Below are positions 21,565 through 35,700 of a stretch of 64,000 bases of DNA, one piece after another (position 1 is the stretch's first letter; the number at the start of each line of letters is the position of its first letter). This stretch comes from Dipteris shenzhenensis (taxonomy: Eukaryota). The translations under genes were made by a program, and so were the position numbers. The notes under the pieces were generated by a model, which ran no database searches, was not told the origin of the DNA, and saw nothing but the letters and a program-made list of their open reading frames with translations. The stretch lies in NCBI GenBank assembly GCA_047967505.1, contig CM106538.1, one strand, 5' to 3'.

Positions 21565-24434
21565 TCAATAAATCAAAGTACTGGCGAAAATATCGCTCGA
21601 GCATCCACTTAGATCCTCAACGGGATGGTTCTTAAATGTAAGAAGATAAACAGAATACGAGTTTCCACATCTCGTTTGAGTGATTTGTTGATCAATGATC
21701 TGGTTTGGCTCTAAGAGTTGGGCCTCTCCTTGAAGCAACGGTGCATTGTCTAAAATAGGTCGAACTGGTGGGTCTCCATGGAAAGGTTTCAGGAGGTGCA
21801 CATGAAAAGAATTATGAAATTTTCAATCGGGTGGTAATTCGAGCCGATAGGCATTGTCATTAATGCGCTCCAAAACTTTAAAGAGACCATATGATTTAGC
21901 GGCAAACTTAACTACAGGATGTGTCTCAATACTCTAAAGTTTGCGCTTCTCAATACGTAACATAACTAGGTCACCTTCAGCAAATACAACTTTCTTTCTA
22001 CCCTTGTTTGCACGTGCAGTATACACAGCTTGAGCATGCTCGATATTCTTTTTGACAGTAGCCAAAATGCTAGAGAGATCTTCTGTAAATCGATCAGCAG
22101 CCTCTACTTGGTGCTTAAGGCGGGTCAATGGTGTAGGAATGGTCTTTCCATAGACAATTTCGAATGGAGATTTGCCTGTAGCAGAGTGCTTAGTGTTGTT
22201 GTAGGCAAATTGTAATATGTGTATAAATTTGTCCCATTTGCCTGGCTGACTAGACATGTAAGCACGTAACATGTCACAAATAGTATTTTGTGTGACCTCG
22301 GTTTGGCCATTAGACTCAAGATGAAAAGCAGTGGAAAAGTCTAACTTCATACCAAGATTGTCAAAGAGTGCAGTCCAGAAGTTACTACAAAATTTACTAT
22401 CCCGGTCTGACACGATTACTTTTGGAAGGCCATGGTGTATAAAGATGTTCTTGATGAACAAATGAGCAGCCTAAACTGCGGTCAAGGTCTTCTTACAAGG
22501 AATAAAGTAAGCCTGCTTGCTAAATCTATCAATGATAGTCCAAATCATATCAAAACCTGAGCTAGTTGTAGGAAATCCAATAATAAAGTCCATAGAAATC
22601 TGCTCCCATGGGCCATCAGGAATTGGTAAAGGCATAAGTAAACCTTGATATTTGTCCTTGTAGCTCTTGACTTTTTGACAAATAAGACATTGTGCAACAA
22701 AAGTTGCAACATCAACTTTAAGCTTAGGCCAGAAAAAATCTTGAATTACAGTCTGATACGTAGCAGCGACGCCTCTATGTCCCATGTAGGGTGGCTGATG
22801 TACCTCTTTTAGTACTAAGCGTCGAAATGGTACAGTGACACACAAGCGCTTTTCGTAGAATAGATAGTCATTATGAATGGAATACGAGGGGGTGCTATTA
22901 GCTTGCTTAATCTTATGCCAAATTTTTGAAAAGTCTCAATTAGTAGGATAGTCCGTCTTCATAGGCTCAAAAGGGTCTCCCTCGATGACTGAGATATTAT
23001 TTATGCTAGGTCAACGGCTCAGTGCATCGGCAACTACATTGTCTTTGCCTGGTTGATATTGGATCATCGGTTTAAAGCTGTCAATAAAGGCAGCCCATTT
23101 AATGTGCCGATCTGAGATCACCGGTTGAGTAAGGAGATGTCTAAGACTCTGGTGATCAGTCTTAATGAGTAACTTGGAACCCATAAGATAGTGTTTTCAG
23201 AGTTCAAGAGCATGCACCACAACGGCTAATTCTTTATCATACATGGAATAGTTTAGCTCTGCTCGTTTTAATTTACGTGACTCGAATGCAATTGGATGTT
23301 TATCTTGCATGAGCATAGCCCCAAAACCCTGTCTACTAGCATCAGTAACCATGACAAAGAAGGTCTCGTAAAGTCCGGCATGGTCAAAACTGGTGTGTGC
23401 ATCATTGCACCCTTAAGTCGTTGAAAAGCTAAAGTGTGCTGCTCACCCCACGAGAAAGCACGAGTCTTACACAGTAGTTCGGTCAATGGATGTGCCTTGT
23501 GTGCAAAATTTCTAACAAATCTGCGATAGAAACTACACAGATCTAGAAAAGATTGTAACTCATGGATATGTTTAGGCTGTGGCTAGTTTACTATCACGTC
23601 TACCTTCTTGGGATCTACTCGAATGCCTTTAGCTGAAACAATGTGTCCAAGATATTCAATTTCAGGCTGGAAAAAAGAACTTTTCTCCGGGTTGGCATAC
23701 AGTTGGTTCTCACGTAAGAGAGAGAAAACAAGATCCAAGTGTTTCTCATGGTCCTCTCGATTCTTGCTATAAATCATGATATCATCAAAGAAAACTACCA
23801 CAAAGTCTTGATAGGGTAGGAAGATACGATTCATCATCCGACGAAATGTGGCAGGTGCATTGGTCAATCCAAAAGGCATAACAAGAAATTCATAGTGACC
23901 AGTTTGGGTTCTAAAAGCAGTCTTGAAAATATCGGGCTCGATCACTCTCACTTGATGATATCCTGACTTAAGATCGATTTTGCTAAGGATTGTGGATCCT
24001 TTCAACTTGTCGAGTAGATCATCAACTCTTGGAATGGGGTATCGATTTTTCACAATGATTTTATTTAAGGCACGATAATCGATGCACATTCGAAAAGTTT
24101 CAAATGGTGAGCTACTAGGTCGAATTAGGCCTCTAGCCAAAAGATCTTCTATTTGGGATTGAATTTCTTGCTGCTCAGTAGGATTGTGTCTATATGGTGA
24201 TTTACACGGTGGTGCGCTACCTGGAATAAGGTCAATCTTATGATCCTCAGGTCTAGATTGAGGTAGGTCAGGGGGTAAGTCTTCTATAAAGCAGTCGTCA
24301 TAGGTAGCTAGAAAAGGATCCAAAGGCTCTTGCTTAGTTTTCTTAGTCTCAGGACTAGCCTCAATCTTATTGACCATAACCAGATATGTCTTTTCACGTT
24401 TGCGCAAAGCTCTTTTAGCTTGGGTATGTGACAA
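21565..24434 (-). pseudogene. pol: Ty3 pol (RT, RNase H, integrase, chromodomain-like), fragmented
   Basis: [38 protein letters not shown]; integrase GHRG...CLIC, WEQISMDF, SDRDSKF. Confidence 0.92.
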
Positions 24435-24510
24435 TATAGGCTAAACGGAAAGATTCTTGTCGCATTTTAGGGTCATAGTCTCAGTGCCTTGAGTCACAGT
24501 AATGGTGCGT

Positions 24511-26386
24511 TCAAGATACGACGCCCCAAGGCATCCCTAGAATGAGATCTTGCTCACGCAAAGGAGCGACTAAGAAATCACGGCTCTCAACTAATGGCCC
24601 TAAAGTCACCTCAAGATCCTTAACCATTTGCAAACAATTATAATTCGATCCTTGAAAAGCTGATTTGACTTTATATTTTGTTTTGATGGTTGCGAGCCCT
24701 AACTTTTCAACTAAATGTTGCAAAATGAAATCATGGGTGCTTCCATCATCAAATAAGACACTATGTTCTTTTTTGTGCAATAGTGCAGTCATATGTAACA
24801 AAGAAGTATGAAAATAGGATGCACTTTTACCTGAATAACACTTACCTGAAGGGGTGTAGTCGGCATCTTCAGTGTCGTTGTCCTCATCCTTGTCCTCTTG
24901 CTTGAAAGATTTATCATGGGATCCATCATCAATGTAGTTGATCCGTGCGGAGTTGTTGCGCTGACTATTACCATTGGTACGTCCATTGGTTCTCCCTCCA
25001 TTGCCTCCGTTGTTGTTGGTAGCATTCTTCGCTTGGATACCTGTCTTGTGTGTAGCAAGTGGATTCTTTGGACATTCATAAGAGTAGTGTCCCTTCTCTT
25101 TGCATTCATAACATGTGACAAGTTCTTTGGTTCTTCGATTAATATGTGACTTAGCAGGTTTCCAATTAGACTTACCATCATATCTACTAACTTGACCTCT
25201 TACACCCTCCTGCTTGAAGTATGAAGCGTGCTTCTTTACTCGAGGGGTGCGAGTAGCAAAGCTTCTTCCCTGCTTTCTTTCTGATTCTAATGCCAAATCC
25301 ATAGCATCAGAGGCTGTAGATGGTCGAAGCATACGTACATCAGCACGAATAGTAGGGCGTAAACCCTCAACAAAGGTACGACATTGCTCCTTTCGGGACA
25401 CTTTCTCAATAGTTTGCAATTGAAGTAGAGAGGAAAGATATTTCTCGGTGTATGCGTCCACACTCTCATTATCCAACTGCCTTAATCTTCGCCATTGCCT
25501 GCAAGTATCCTCTTCAAATTGTGTAGGTAGGAAGCGCTTCTTGATTTTATCTTTGAATGCTTCCCATGTCTTTGGAACATGAGTGCTTTCGTCAACCACA
25601 CTCCACCATAATTGTGCACTGCTTGTCATGTGACTCGCAACAAGTTTTACCTTCTCGATCTCTTCGTACCATTCTCCCAAAAAGTATTGATTGAAAGAAC
25701 TAATCCACGCAAGTAAAGCTTGTCCATCTCTTTTACCATCATATTTTGGAAAAGAAAAAGTTTTGCGATTAATCTTACCAAACTTCTTCTTATCATGAAG
25801 TTTGAGTGCTTTCAAGATGGCCTTTCCCACGTTGTCTTCATCGCTAGACTCATGTGAAGGAGTAGTGCCATGATGTCGTCATAGTGAAGTCTTCACATGT
25901 CGCTTCTTCTTCCTTTGATGTCTCGTCTTGCTTCTTCCACGCTCACTATCACTGTGTCTGATGATTTGCTGCTTTCACTTTTTTCATCATCTCTGTCCTT
26001 CATACGCTTCTTTGTGACTTCAGTCATCTCTTTTAACACTTGATTTGCGTGCTCTTTGTTGGCTTTATTTGTGTCGCACATGTACTCAAGTTCTTGCTTA
26101 AGGTCCCGTGCATGATGTTTCCATGCATCCAGTGAATTTGATGCATGCATGGGTTCCTTGTCCTCAATCGATATAGGTGGCTTTCAAGTTGTTTCACTTG
26201 GCGTAGAGCATCTTAAATCTCTTGACGTTGTTGCTTCTCATGCTGATAGCATTCTCGCCATTCTTCCTTAGTAAGTGTCATTGGTGTTAAACTTCTTCTT
26301 GACCGATGGTGATCGTTTTCCACATCCTCATCATAATGTAGATCTTCAGGATAACCTATCTCTGATGGAATACGCCTTCCAGACAT
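24511..26386 (-). pseudogene. gag: Ty3 gag-protease (N-terminal coiled-coil part disrupted)
   Basis: ORF 24511-25830 with FPKYDGK, TWEAFK..RFLP, CYECKEKGHYSYECP and degenerate protease LFDDGSTHDF; upstream broken ORFs 25893-26413. Confidence 0.85.
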
Positions 26387-27139
26387 AGTTAAGTATGATG
26401 AAAGGAAATACACACAAACACAAGACTTATCTCAATTCGGTTTCCAAGCTTTGAAAGCGGCTATTTGTCGAATAGTATCTCTGTGGGCTCTCGAACTCAC
26501 ACGATTCCAACAAGTGAATCCACGTTGCAAGGTACAAAGTAAAGCTTGTGTCCGATAGAACTTGTAGATTGCCTCCTGCTCTTGTGAACACTTGCTTTTG
26601 AGATTCTCCTCTTTCAAAATCCGTTGGGTTGCTCCCTTGTTTGTACTTTTGCCTTGAAGGATATCTTTATGACTAGAAACTTCAAAGAATAGAGCAACAA
26701 AGTGACTTGATCTAGTGGATAGTCACCAATTGTTAAGGAGACTTGAGCTAGAACAGTACCGGGATGGGGGACCTCCCGGGAAGTCTTAAGAGCAATCTCC
26801 CAAGGCTTCCTCGCGCACAGCCAACGGTGCCTTCAGTGCCAGGTATGCCAAGGACTATGCCTTGGTCGCCGCCTTTGTCGTACACTTGGAGGAGCTAAGG
26901 CGCGGGTGTACGTTCATAGGCTTCGACTTGTCTACATACGACCGACTTCTTTTGCTGCGATATTTTTTTTTCGCTGCACGTTTTCTTGCCTGCGAGCCGT
27001 TCTGCGCTGTTCGCTTCTGCTGCTTCGAACTTCGTTGCACTCTTGTACGCGGTGTCCGCAATCTAATGCGTGCTATGGTTTCTTGTTCGAGGACGCGGGG
27101 GGTGTGTGCTATGAACGAGAAACATGGCTCTGATACCAC

Positions 27140-28013
27140 TGTGACGGGAAACGCTCGCGGAACCTACAAATCCTTGAAAAACACAGCAACAGTCTTCGAA
27201 AATATGCACGAACTCTCAAAGCTCACAAACGGAAGAAACAGAACAAGTGTGCTGGGTACAATCTCCCCCCATAGGTGTGGTGCTCTCCTTCCACCTTCTA
27301 TGTATTTATGTATATTTCCCAAAAAGCTTCCGAGCAAAAATCATACAAAAGCCCCTGTGCTTTCCTCCATACCCCCTTTTACAAAAAGCCCATCCACCTT
27401 CTAGAATAGCTGGCTTTTTCTAAAAATAAAGCTTTTTCTAACTTTAGTTTATACACTTAGCCAAGCCACTAATATTCTAAAATTCAAATATGTACATAAG
27501 CTTTTGTAATATAAAAAATTAGGCATAAGCCTTATTCATCCCCGCATCACTGGAGTTGCGCCCACGTGCCCAAAATATGGCGGATCATGCTTGCCAGGTG
27601 CCATCACCCGATCAATTACTTTTCCCTTGGATTCACATGATCAATAGTAATGAAATATTTCAAGCATAAGATAACCTTGGAATTAATCACCACAATCAAT
27701 CAACCTTTCAGTATTATAGCAACGTGAAATCAATAAATCACAGATGAATGGTGCACACATGCGACACATACCATCTCATGGTGCGCCTGATCCTACACAT
27801 GAATAAAATCGTACGGATGGTGCACACATGCTACACATACCGTCATCGCGTAAGTGGTGCACACAATGCTACACACTCATACAGCCGCCGCCGCAGCCGT
27901 ATATCCAACCATGTAGGAGCACACATGCATCAGCTGCGAGACAAAAATGTTGGATATCATCAAACTAAATACTGAAGGATTAAATTAATGGGATAATTTC
28001 AATTCTCGTACCA
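27140..28013 (-). repeat. 5' LTR (874 bp)
   Basis: TGTGACGG...CGTACCA, adjacent to the PBS and to TSD GGGAA. Confidence 0.92.
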
Positions 28014-28018
28014 GGGAA

Positions 28019-29450
28019 TCTAGAGATTCACCACTCCTATGTCTCTGTGATTGCAAGAGGTGCTTACGATCCTCAATGATATAGGCAGCCAGGCATCTCA
28101 AATCTGGGAATTAGAGAAAACGGGACAGTGATCCGGAGCTGTCTCTGAACAAGCAATAGAAACGCCCCCTAATCTCATAGTAGACTGAACATCTGAATAT
28201 GAAATGCTCCTTCGACTCAACCTCTTGCATGCTGCATAGGGTGCAAATGCGTCTCTCCCTGGGAATACCCTCTGCCCGACCACTCTCAATGCGGAGTCTG
28301 TGCAAAGAGACACGAAACTCCCAATAGAGATCCTCAATGAGTGGGGTAAATGAATTTGTGTGTATCCCGGTGGGTCGATAAAACCCTCCTCTGGGATATG
28401 AAGGCAGTGGTCTCTGTAGAAGTTGAGCTTCACAGGGAGCTCAGTTGGCTCCAACCAGGTATGGAAAGTGTGCAGCTGTAGAAGATCCTCATGTATTACC
28501 TGGTTGAACTCATGAGTCTGAACCGAGGAAAAAGGGGCATCTATACTGTACTGGAAAGGAGGAAGTCTATCCATATGAAGCCCCAGTCGCTCGAACCACC
28601 ACAATGTGTGCATACCAACATCTCACATCCCCTGCCTCTGATAGTGCTATGGAGGAAGATAGGGCCAACCACGGTAATCTGCTGTGACCAGATGTGCGAT
28701 CCTCGTATGCTCGGACATGATACAAATAGGTAATGACCTAAAACACAGCATCAAGCTGTAGCAGTAAAGATCCAAACTCTGCATGAATGATCTTGTGAGG
28801 GACTAACGGCTTACCCTGGATCATCCGTGATAACATAAGAACCTGTAGCTGCTCTACACGAGGCAACTCAGCGTCAGACAAATCAAGCCCCCAACATGGC
28901 CCTTCATACATCACTGCTAGGCGTACCAAGGAGTCAAAGAGCAAGCGTCTGGTCTGAGGGTCCTGAAAATGAGAGCGAAATCAGAGCCTCTCCAACTTGG
29001 CCAGTGACACATACCCTTGACTCAAATGAGCCTGTATCGCCGGTCCTAAATGATCTTGTGAGGGACTAACGGCTTACCCTGGATCATCTGTGATAACATA
29101 AGAACCTGTAGCTGCTCTACACGAGGCAACTCAGCGTCAGACAAATCAAGCCCCCAACATGGCCCTTCATACATCACTGCTAGGCGTACCAAGGAGTCAA
29201 AGAGCAAGCGTCTGGTCTGAGGGTCCTGAAAATGAGAGCGAAATCACAGCCTCTCCAACTTGGCCAGTGACACATACCCTTGACTCAAATGAGCCTGTAT
29301 CGCCGGTCTCATTGTGAAAATAGGTCCACGAAAGACAACCCCCAAGTAAGTGTAGGAGGAGACAACCTCAATGGTTGACTTGTGAAAAGTGAACTGCTCC
29401 TATGCATCATAGCCCGAGAGGTGTTGAAGATCATGACCTTAGTGTAACCA
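28019..29450 (-). mobile_element. Continuation of the RTE-X-like copy split by the Ty3 element
   Basis: HRLRIESGRAEGIPRERRICTLC...HFIFRC and upstream LFDSLVR...YEGPCWG; homologous to 17700-18215. Confidence 0.8.
28786..29308. repeat. Near-perfect 260 bp tandem duplication (28786-29045 and 29049-29308)
   Basis: Direct read; 3 nt filler CTA between the copies. Confidence 0.92.
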
Positions 29451-30890
29451 ACACAGGTAAACTCTGCCAAACTACATCTCTAGCCACATCTCTGGCCTGT
29501 GTGTCAGGATTTGCAGAAAGAAGGGAGGCATAAAAATCTGTCGCTAAGTGTATGACGGTATCCGGATCACACTACAAAAAGCCGTCAGAGTCAATAAGCT
29601 GCTTGACACTCTCTCTACTACTATGTCTGGAACCAAGTGTAGAGAAAAAGTGTTTATTGACTCTCCCTCCCATCTGTATCCAAAAGGACTCCCGTGCATG
29701 AAAGGCATACTTTGCTCTCTGATCAAGCAATGTCTGCAAGTAAGCCCTTGTTGCAGCAAAGCGCTCCTGTATCCAAGCATCTGATGGTCGTCTCTGCTCC
29801 TCCCTCTGCAAGGCTGCCAATTGCCAGCGGATACCAATCTCCCACCTGAGTACCTCACCTCGCCAAGCACTAGTGACAGAGTGATAAAAGTCGCCGATAT
29901 TGGCAAGTGCTGTGGCCACATGTGAAGGATCGACCACCCCCCCTGCAAGTGAGAAACCCAGATCTCCAAGACTGCCTCTGTGAGAGTCTCATCTGTGTAT
30001 AAGGCATCGGGAATCCTGATACTGTGAGACCATCCTCTTAGATGGGGCTCTGAGATAGATATAACTACCGGAAAATAGTCGAAGGTGGAAATACCAGGTG
30101 CAATGCAAACTGTCCCCCCTCTATCAAGAGCCCAATCGTCCACATAGAATCTGTCAATCCGAGCATGGATAGGCATCTGCACCCTATGGTTTGACCATGG
30201 AAACAAAAGTGACTGAGACTGGGTATGAAATGCATCATCTGACCAAACGTCTCTGCCACTGAACCTGAACAAGAAGGCATCCCTAGCTGCTCTCTCGAGG
30301 GAATGAATACCACCTTCTCTGCCCCCTTGCTTATCGGATGGTGCCTCAACCATGTTGAAGTCACCTCCAATAATCCACGAATTTGTAATGTCAGCCCACG
30401 AGAGCAAGTCTTTCCAAAAAAGAACACGGTCCCCTCTATTGTTTGGAGCATAGAGGTTGAGGAAACCAACCTTACGTCCGTCAATCAAAAGTAAAGTCCA
30501 CTAGGCCCTGGAGGGGGTGATGGTACCGTGTCCAATGACCAGAGGGAGAATAGAATCTGAAACTGATATGCATGTACCTCCTCTGGTTTCCAAGGCAGGA
30601 AGCCAAAAAGTCCGGCCTGAAAAAACCTTACTTGCTCTGGCTTCCATTTTGTGTTTCTAAAGAAAAAGAATGTCTAATGAACCACCTGACACATCTGGAT
30701 GAAGTTGATTCCTGATCAGCTGTTTGCAACGGCGATGAGGGATGCCGCCCAATCCCTGTATATTCCAACTGGCTATCCTGATCGGCGGGAGGAAGCGGGT
30801 TGGAATACCTTACCCGACCTAGTGGCGGAAAAAGAACCCTCCACCAGAGCTGACCTCCTGCCATACATACGAGGTCCATGGGGAGGAAAG
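29450..30890 (-). mobile_element. L1-type LINE ORF2 endonuclease region (split by Copia)
   Basis: NLYAPN, WIIGGDFNMV and ARIDRFY APE motifs in ORF 29544-30488. Confidence 0.88.
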
Positions 30891-31379
30891 TGTTGGGGTA
30901 AAGGCACATTGCCACCCTTTTGTTAAAGTTATGACACCTATGACTGTCTTAAGACAGTCATAGGGTGAAAGCCTAATCCTAATAAAACCTATGAGTTTGT
31001 GGTGTGGCTCAACACTTTTTGACACACCCACACATTTTGTGTCTCTCTCTCTCTCTGTCTCCTTAGTTCCACTCTATCTCCCTTTCCCTCACAACTGGTA
31101 TCAGAGCACCCTCTACCTCTCCCCCTCTCTCCGGTCCACCCCTCTCTCTACCTCTCCCCTCGGGCCTCGTGCCCTCAGCAGCTAGCAGCGCGAGCAGATC
31201 GAGGCAGCGCAGCAGCAGCTAGGCCTGGGCGCAGCAGCGGCACAGCAGCAGCAGGCTAGGGCGCCGCCGCGCGCAGCAGGTGCGCGACCCGCCACGTGCA
31301 GCAGGCGCACACGCAGCAGCAGCTAGCTGCTGCACCGCACAGCACCGGCGGCAGTAGCCTACCAGGCGCGCGCAGCGCG

Positions 31380-31600
31380 CAGTACCGGCTGCGTGCAGCC
31401 CCTCACAACCCGTCGATCGGACAGGTACGGCCATCTGTACCGATTGTACGGACACCGTACATGCAACCGTACCGTACGGACGCCGCCGTACGGACGCACG
31501 GACGCTGCGCAGGAGGTTCATGTCAAATTTTTTTTGGGGATTTCGTGCCCTTGCAAGTACAGGGTACAGCAAGTACCCTGCGCAGGTACAGGAGGTACAA
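31380..31600 (+). promoter_or_regulatory. GTAC/CCGTAC motif array in the Copia A leader
   Basis: At least 13 GTAC in about 220 bp, including CCGTACCGTACGG; function inferred. Confidence 0.5.
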
Positions 31601-32764
31601 CAGGCACATAAATTTTGTTTTGGGGAAGAAGGAAAAGAGAGAGCACTCTGCTCTTCATTCCCGGAACTTGTTCAGTTCTAAAACTGTGTGTTTGAGGTAC
31701 AGCAAGTACACTGGTGTCCCTCGCGCTTGAGGTGACTATTGCCACAGTGTGTGGCGGTTGCACAGTTATTTTGTTTCGGGGAGGTCAGATGCCTTGATTT
31801 TGCAGAGGGCTTTTATGCTTTTGCTGAGTGCAAATCTCAGCTTTCGGGTGACAATTTCAAAGGGCTTTTGCCTGGAAGTTTATGCAGTATATGCCTTGAG
31901 GCAGTGTGGAGCCAGGGTGCCCACATTGGTCTTGTTTCCGCAGTGTATTCAGTGACATTTCTTGCAGGTCACATTCTGTGTACGACACCTTGAAAAATCT
32001 CAGTTGAGCCACGCTTGGCCAGGTTGCATCGAGTTTACTCGGTCCCTAACTGTCCATCGTTGACAGTGCTCAAAAGATTTTCTCTTCAATGTTTGTACGT
32101 TGGGATCTGTGTTGTTACTGTGTACACATGGCCGTTTATGCATTACATTGTCAGGTGAAAGTGCCAGGAGAGCGCTGTATTTTGTATGCTACCTCAGTGT
32201 TGAGGTGTTTTTCACTTGGTACAGGTGTCAAATCAAGGGGCTTTTGCCCAGATTTTGCTTGTGAGCACCTTGAGTTACTGTTTGAGACCTTCAGATGCCT
32301 TTTATCCCCTTGGCAGAAGGGTGATTGCTTGGGATTTGTCCCATTCTTTGTTGCAGGTTTGTGACAGGCTGAGGTGTTTGGAGCCTTTTTCAGTGGACAA
32401 AACAGTGTATGACAAGTGGTTTATGCATATAAAATCAGTGCAATACCTCATCTGAGGTGGGAGAAGTGTCCAGGACAGCAGTGTTTTGTGCCTCGTCAGT
32501 TGATGATGCACTGATAAAGCACTTGTGGAACAGCTGCAGCATTCTGAAGTTACTGTTTTATGCCTATTTTGAGCACGGTATAGTGTGTTAGAAGGTACAG
32601 TGACTGGAGGGAAAATTTTTCTGTTTTGCTGCAGATTTTTTGACAGTAAAAACAGCACTACTGTGAGTGCTCCTGGCTCTTGATAGAGCAGGTTTTCTGA
32701 GAAATCAGAATTTTATTTAGTCATTTTTTGACTTACAGGGAGTCAAGTACTTTCCTTATCTGAT

Positions 32765-35700
32765 ATGGCATCAGGGGGAAGTGAATCTTCAATTCTGAAC
32801 ATAAAGATATTGGAAGGGGCACACAATTATGCATTATGGGCAGAACAGTGTTTGAATGTACTTCTGCTAAAGAAGATTTCTAAGCCCATAAGGGTGAAGG
32901 GTGTCAAGCCATCTGGGATGTCAGATGATGAGTGGGAGGAGCTTGATTTGTCCGCTAGGGCTGCTATCATGCTTACTCTCAATGATTCTCTTGTGTTCAA
33001 TGTTCAGGCTGAAAAGACCTCTTATGGCCTATGGCAGAGGCTAGAAGAGTTGTATGCCCAAAAGAGTTCAGCCAGTAAGGTTTATTGGTTGAAAAAGCTT
33101 GTAGAGACCTTGGCATGAAGGAAGGTACAGCTATGACCTCACACTTGAGTGAGTTCAATGCCATCTTTACACAGCTTATTGCACAGGGATTGAACCTTGA
33201 TGAGGAGTTCAAGGCTACTTTCTTGTTGTGTACCCTCCCTGAGAGTTGGGACACTTTCAAGACCACCCTGTCTAATTCAAATGTCACTCTTATGTATGCT
33301 GATGTGGAGAGCTCTCTCCTTATGGAGGAGATGAGCAGGAAGAATAATATGGGCAGCAAGTCTTCCAATGCTTTGCAGGTATAGGAAAGAGGTAGGACTC
33401 AGCAGAAGGGGAGATCTGCTGGCAAGTCCAAATCCCGCAGTCAGTCCCGTGGCAAAAAGGATATTGAATGCTTTTACTGTGGCAAGAAGGGACATGTGAA
33501 GTCTAAGTGCTTCAAGTTTATACGGGATTAGAAAGCCAAGAAGGCTGAGACAAAGGATGCAGGCAGTGGAAGCAAAGGCAAAGGCAAGGCCTTGGATGCA
33601 GTGAATGTTGCAGCAGAGGACAGTGAAAGTGACAGACATGATGTTTTATGCTCTTCTGCTGTAATTGCACATACATTGGTTATTGATGGCCATGACATGC
33701 ACACCTGGCTCTTGGATTCAGGTGCTTCTTTTCATGTTACTCCTCATAGGGAGTGGTTTACTTCCTACACAGGTACTCATGGAGCTGTTCACCTTGGGAA
33801 CAACTATGCATGTCAGATTGCAGGGATTGGCAGTATACAGATAGTATTCCCTGATGGACGCACATTTATGCTTGATGGTGTTCATCATGTGCCGCAAATC
33901 AAGAAAAATCTGATTAGCACTGGCTTGTTGGATGACAGTGGTTACCACACCACATTTGGGGATTCCAAATGGGTGATTACTGATGGCCAGGTTGTAGTGG
34001 CTGAGGGTTATAAGAGTGATACCTTGTACCCTCTTTATGTTTCCAGTGTAGGTAATCATGTTGTTGCCATAACCGAGCTGCCAAAGGTTTCATTGTGGCA
34101 TAGCCGGTTGGGACACATGTCCGTTAAAGGAATGCAAGAACTGTCACGTTTGGGTTATCTGCCGTCTCTTTCATTTTCAGATTTGCCTACTTGTGATCAT
34201 TGCATATTTGGCAAGCATTCTATGACTCCTCATAAGAGGAGAACTCCCCAAAATAGAGCACCACTTGATCTAGTGCACACTGATTTGTGTGAGATGCCAC
34301 AGCTATCACTAGGGGGTGCAAAGTATTTCATTACTTTTATTGATGATGCCACACGTAAAGTGTGGGTCTATTTCTTGAAGCATAAGAGCGATGCCTTAGA
34401 TGCTTTCAAGAAGTTTGTCGCTCAGGTTGAGAATCGGACAGGTCGCAGGCTGAAATGCCTCAGATCCGATAATGGGGGTGACTATGTGTCACATGCTTTT
34501 GTACAGTTTTGCGAAGCTAAGGGCATTAAACAGGAACTCACAGCCCCTCATAATGCATCTCAAAATGGTGTGAGTGAGCGGATGAATCGAACTATTCAGG
34601 AGAAGGTTCGATGTATGTTGTCTTATGCTGCATTGCCCCATGGCTTTTGGGCAGAAGCCGTGCAAACAGCAGTTCACATAATTAACAGGTCGCCGAACAA
34701 GGCTTTGGAGTTGAAAGTGCCAGAGGAGGTGTGGTCTGGCAAGCCACCTTCATATAAGCACTTACGTGTGTTTGGCTGCGAGTGCTTTGCTCATGTACGC
34801 AAAGAACTGCGCACCAAACTGGAGCCAAAGTCTTTCAGATGCATCTTCATGGATTATGGTGACGAAGGTGAAATGGGGTACAGGTTATGGGATCCCGTCA
34901 AACGGAAGATTATACGCAGCAATGATGTCATCTTTAAAGAGGATAGTGTACACAAAGAACCCGTGCAACTTGTGGAATACAGGAGCATTGTTTATGATGA
35001 TGTCGGACAGCAAAGAATGCCCATTAATATGCAGCAGCAGGCTGCTGTAGATAACCCTGTTCAAGAGGGTATACAGGCTGAAAATCAGCCAGACAATTTT
35101 GCCAATGATGCACCACTGGATATGCCAGCAAATGGGGCTGTAGAACAGCCAAATATGGTGGTACAGCCACCCGTCATGCATGACGAACAGGCTAGACAGG
35201 AGCCTAATCCGGAACATTTTGTTAGGAGGAGCACCCGTGTGCAACGGCCTCCTGACAGGTTTGTTCTAGGAGCCAATAATGTGGCTGATTTTATCATGCT
35301 GACAGATTGTGGTGAGCCTTCCAGCTTCAAGGAAGCTATGGGAAGAACAGAGAAAAGGAAGTGAGAGAAAGCCATGCAGTCAGAAATGGACTCCCTACTT
35401 CAAAATGATACATGGGACTTGGTGCAGCTACCTGCAGGCAGAAAGGTTTTGCCATGCAAGTGGGTTTACAAAGTCAAAGTGGATTCAAATGCTTTACCAA
35501 GGTATAAGGCCAGATTGGTTGCCAAGGGGTTTAAGCAGGAGAAGGGCATTGACTTTGATGAGATTTTTTCCCCTGTAGTCAAGATGACTACTTTGAGAGC
35601 AGTGTTAGCCCTTGTTGCTCATGAGGACATGGATTTATGTCAGATGGATGTGAAGACTGCTTTTCTTCACGGAGATCTCCATGATGAGATCTACATGAGT

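Larger units (their letters stand above)
20609..28013 (-). mobile_element. Ty3/Gypsy LTR retrotransposon, full length but degenerate
   Basis: LTRs 20609-21513 and 27140-28013; TSD GGGAA; PBS (reverse complement) at 27127-27138; PPT adjacent to 21514; gag, PR, RT, RH, IN and chromodomain-like remnant on -. Confidence 0.96.
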
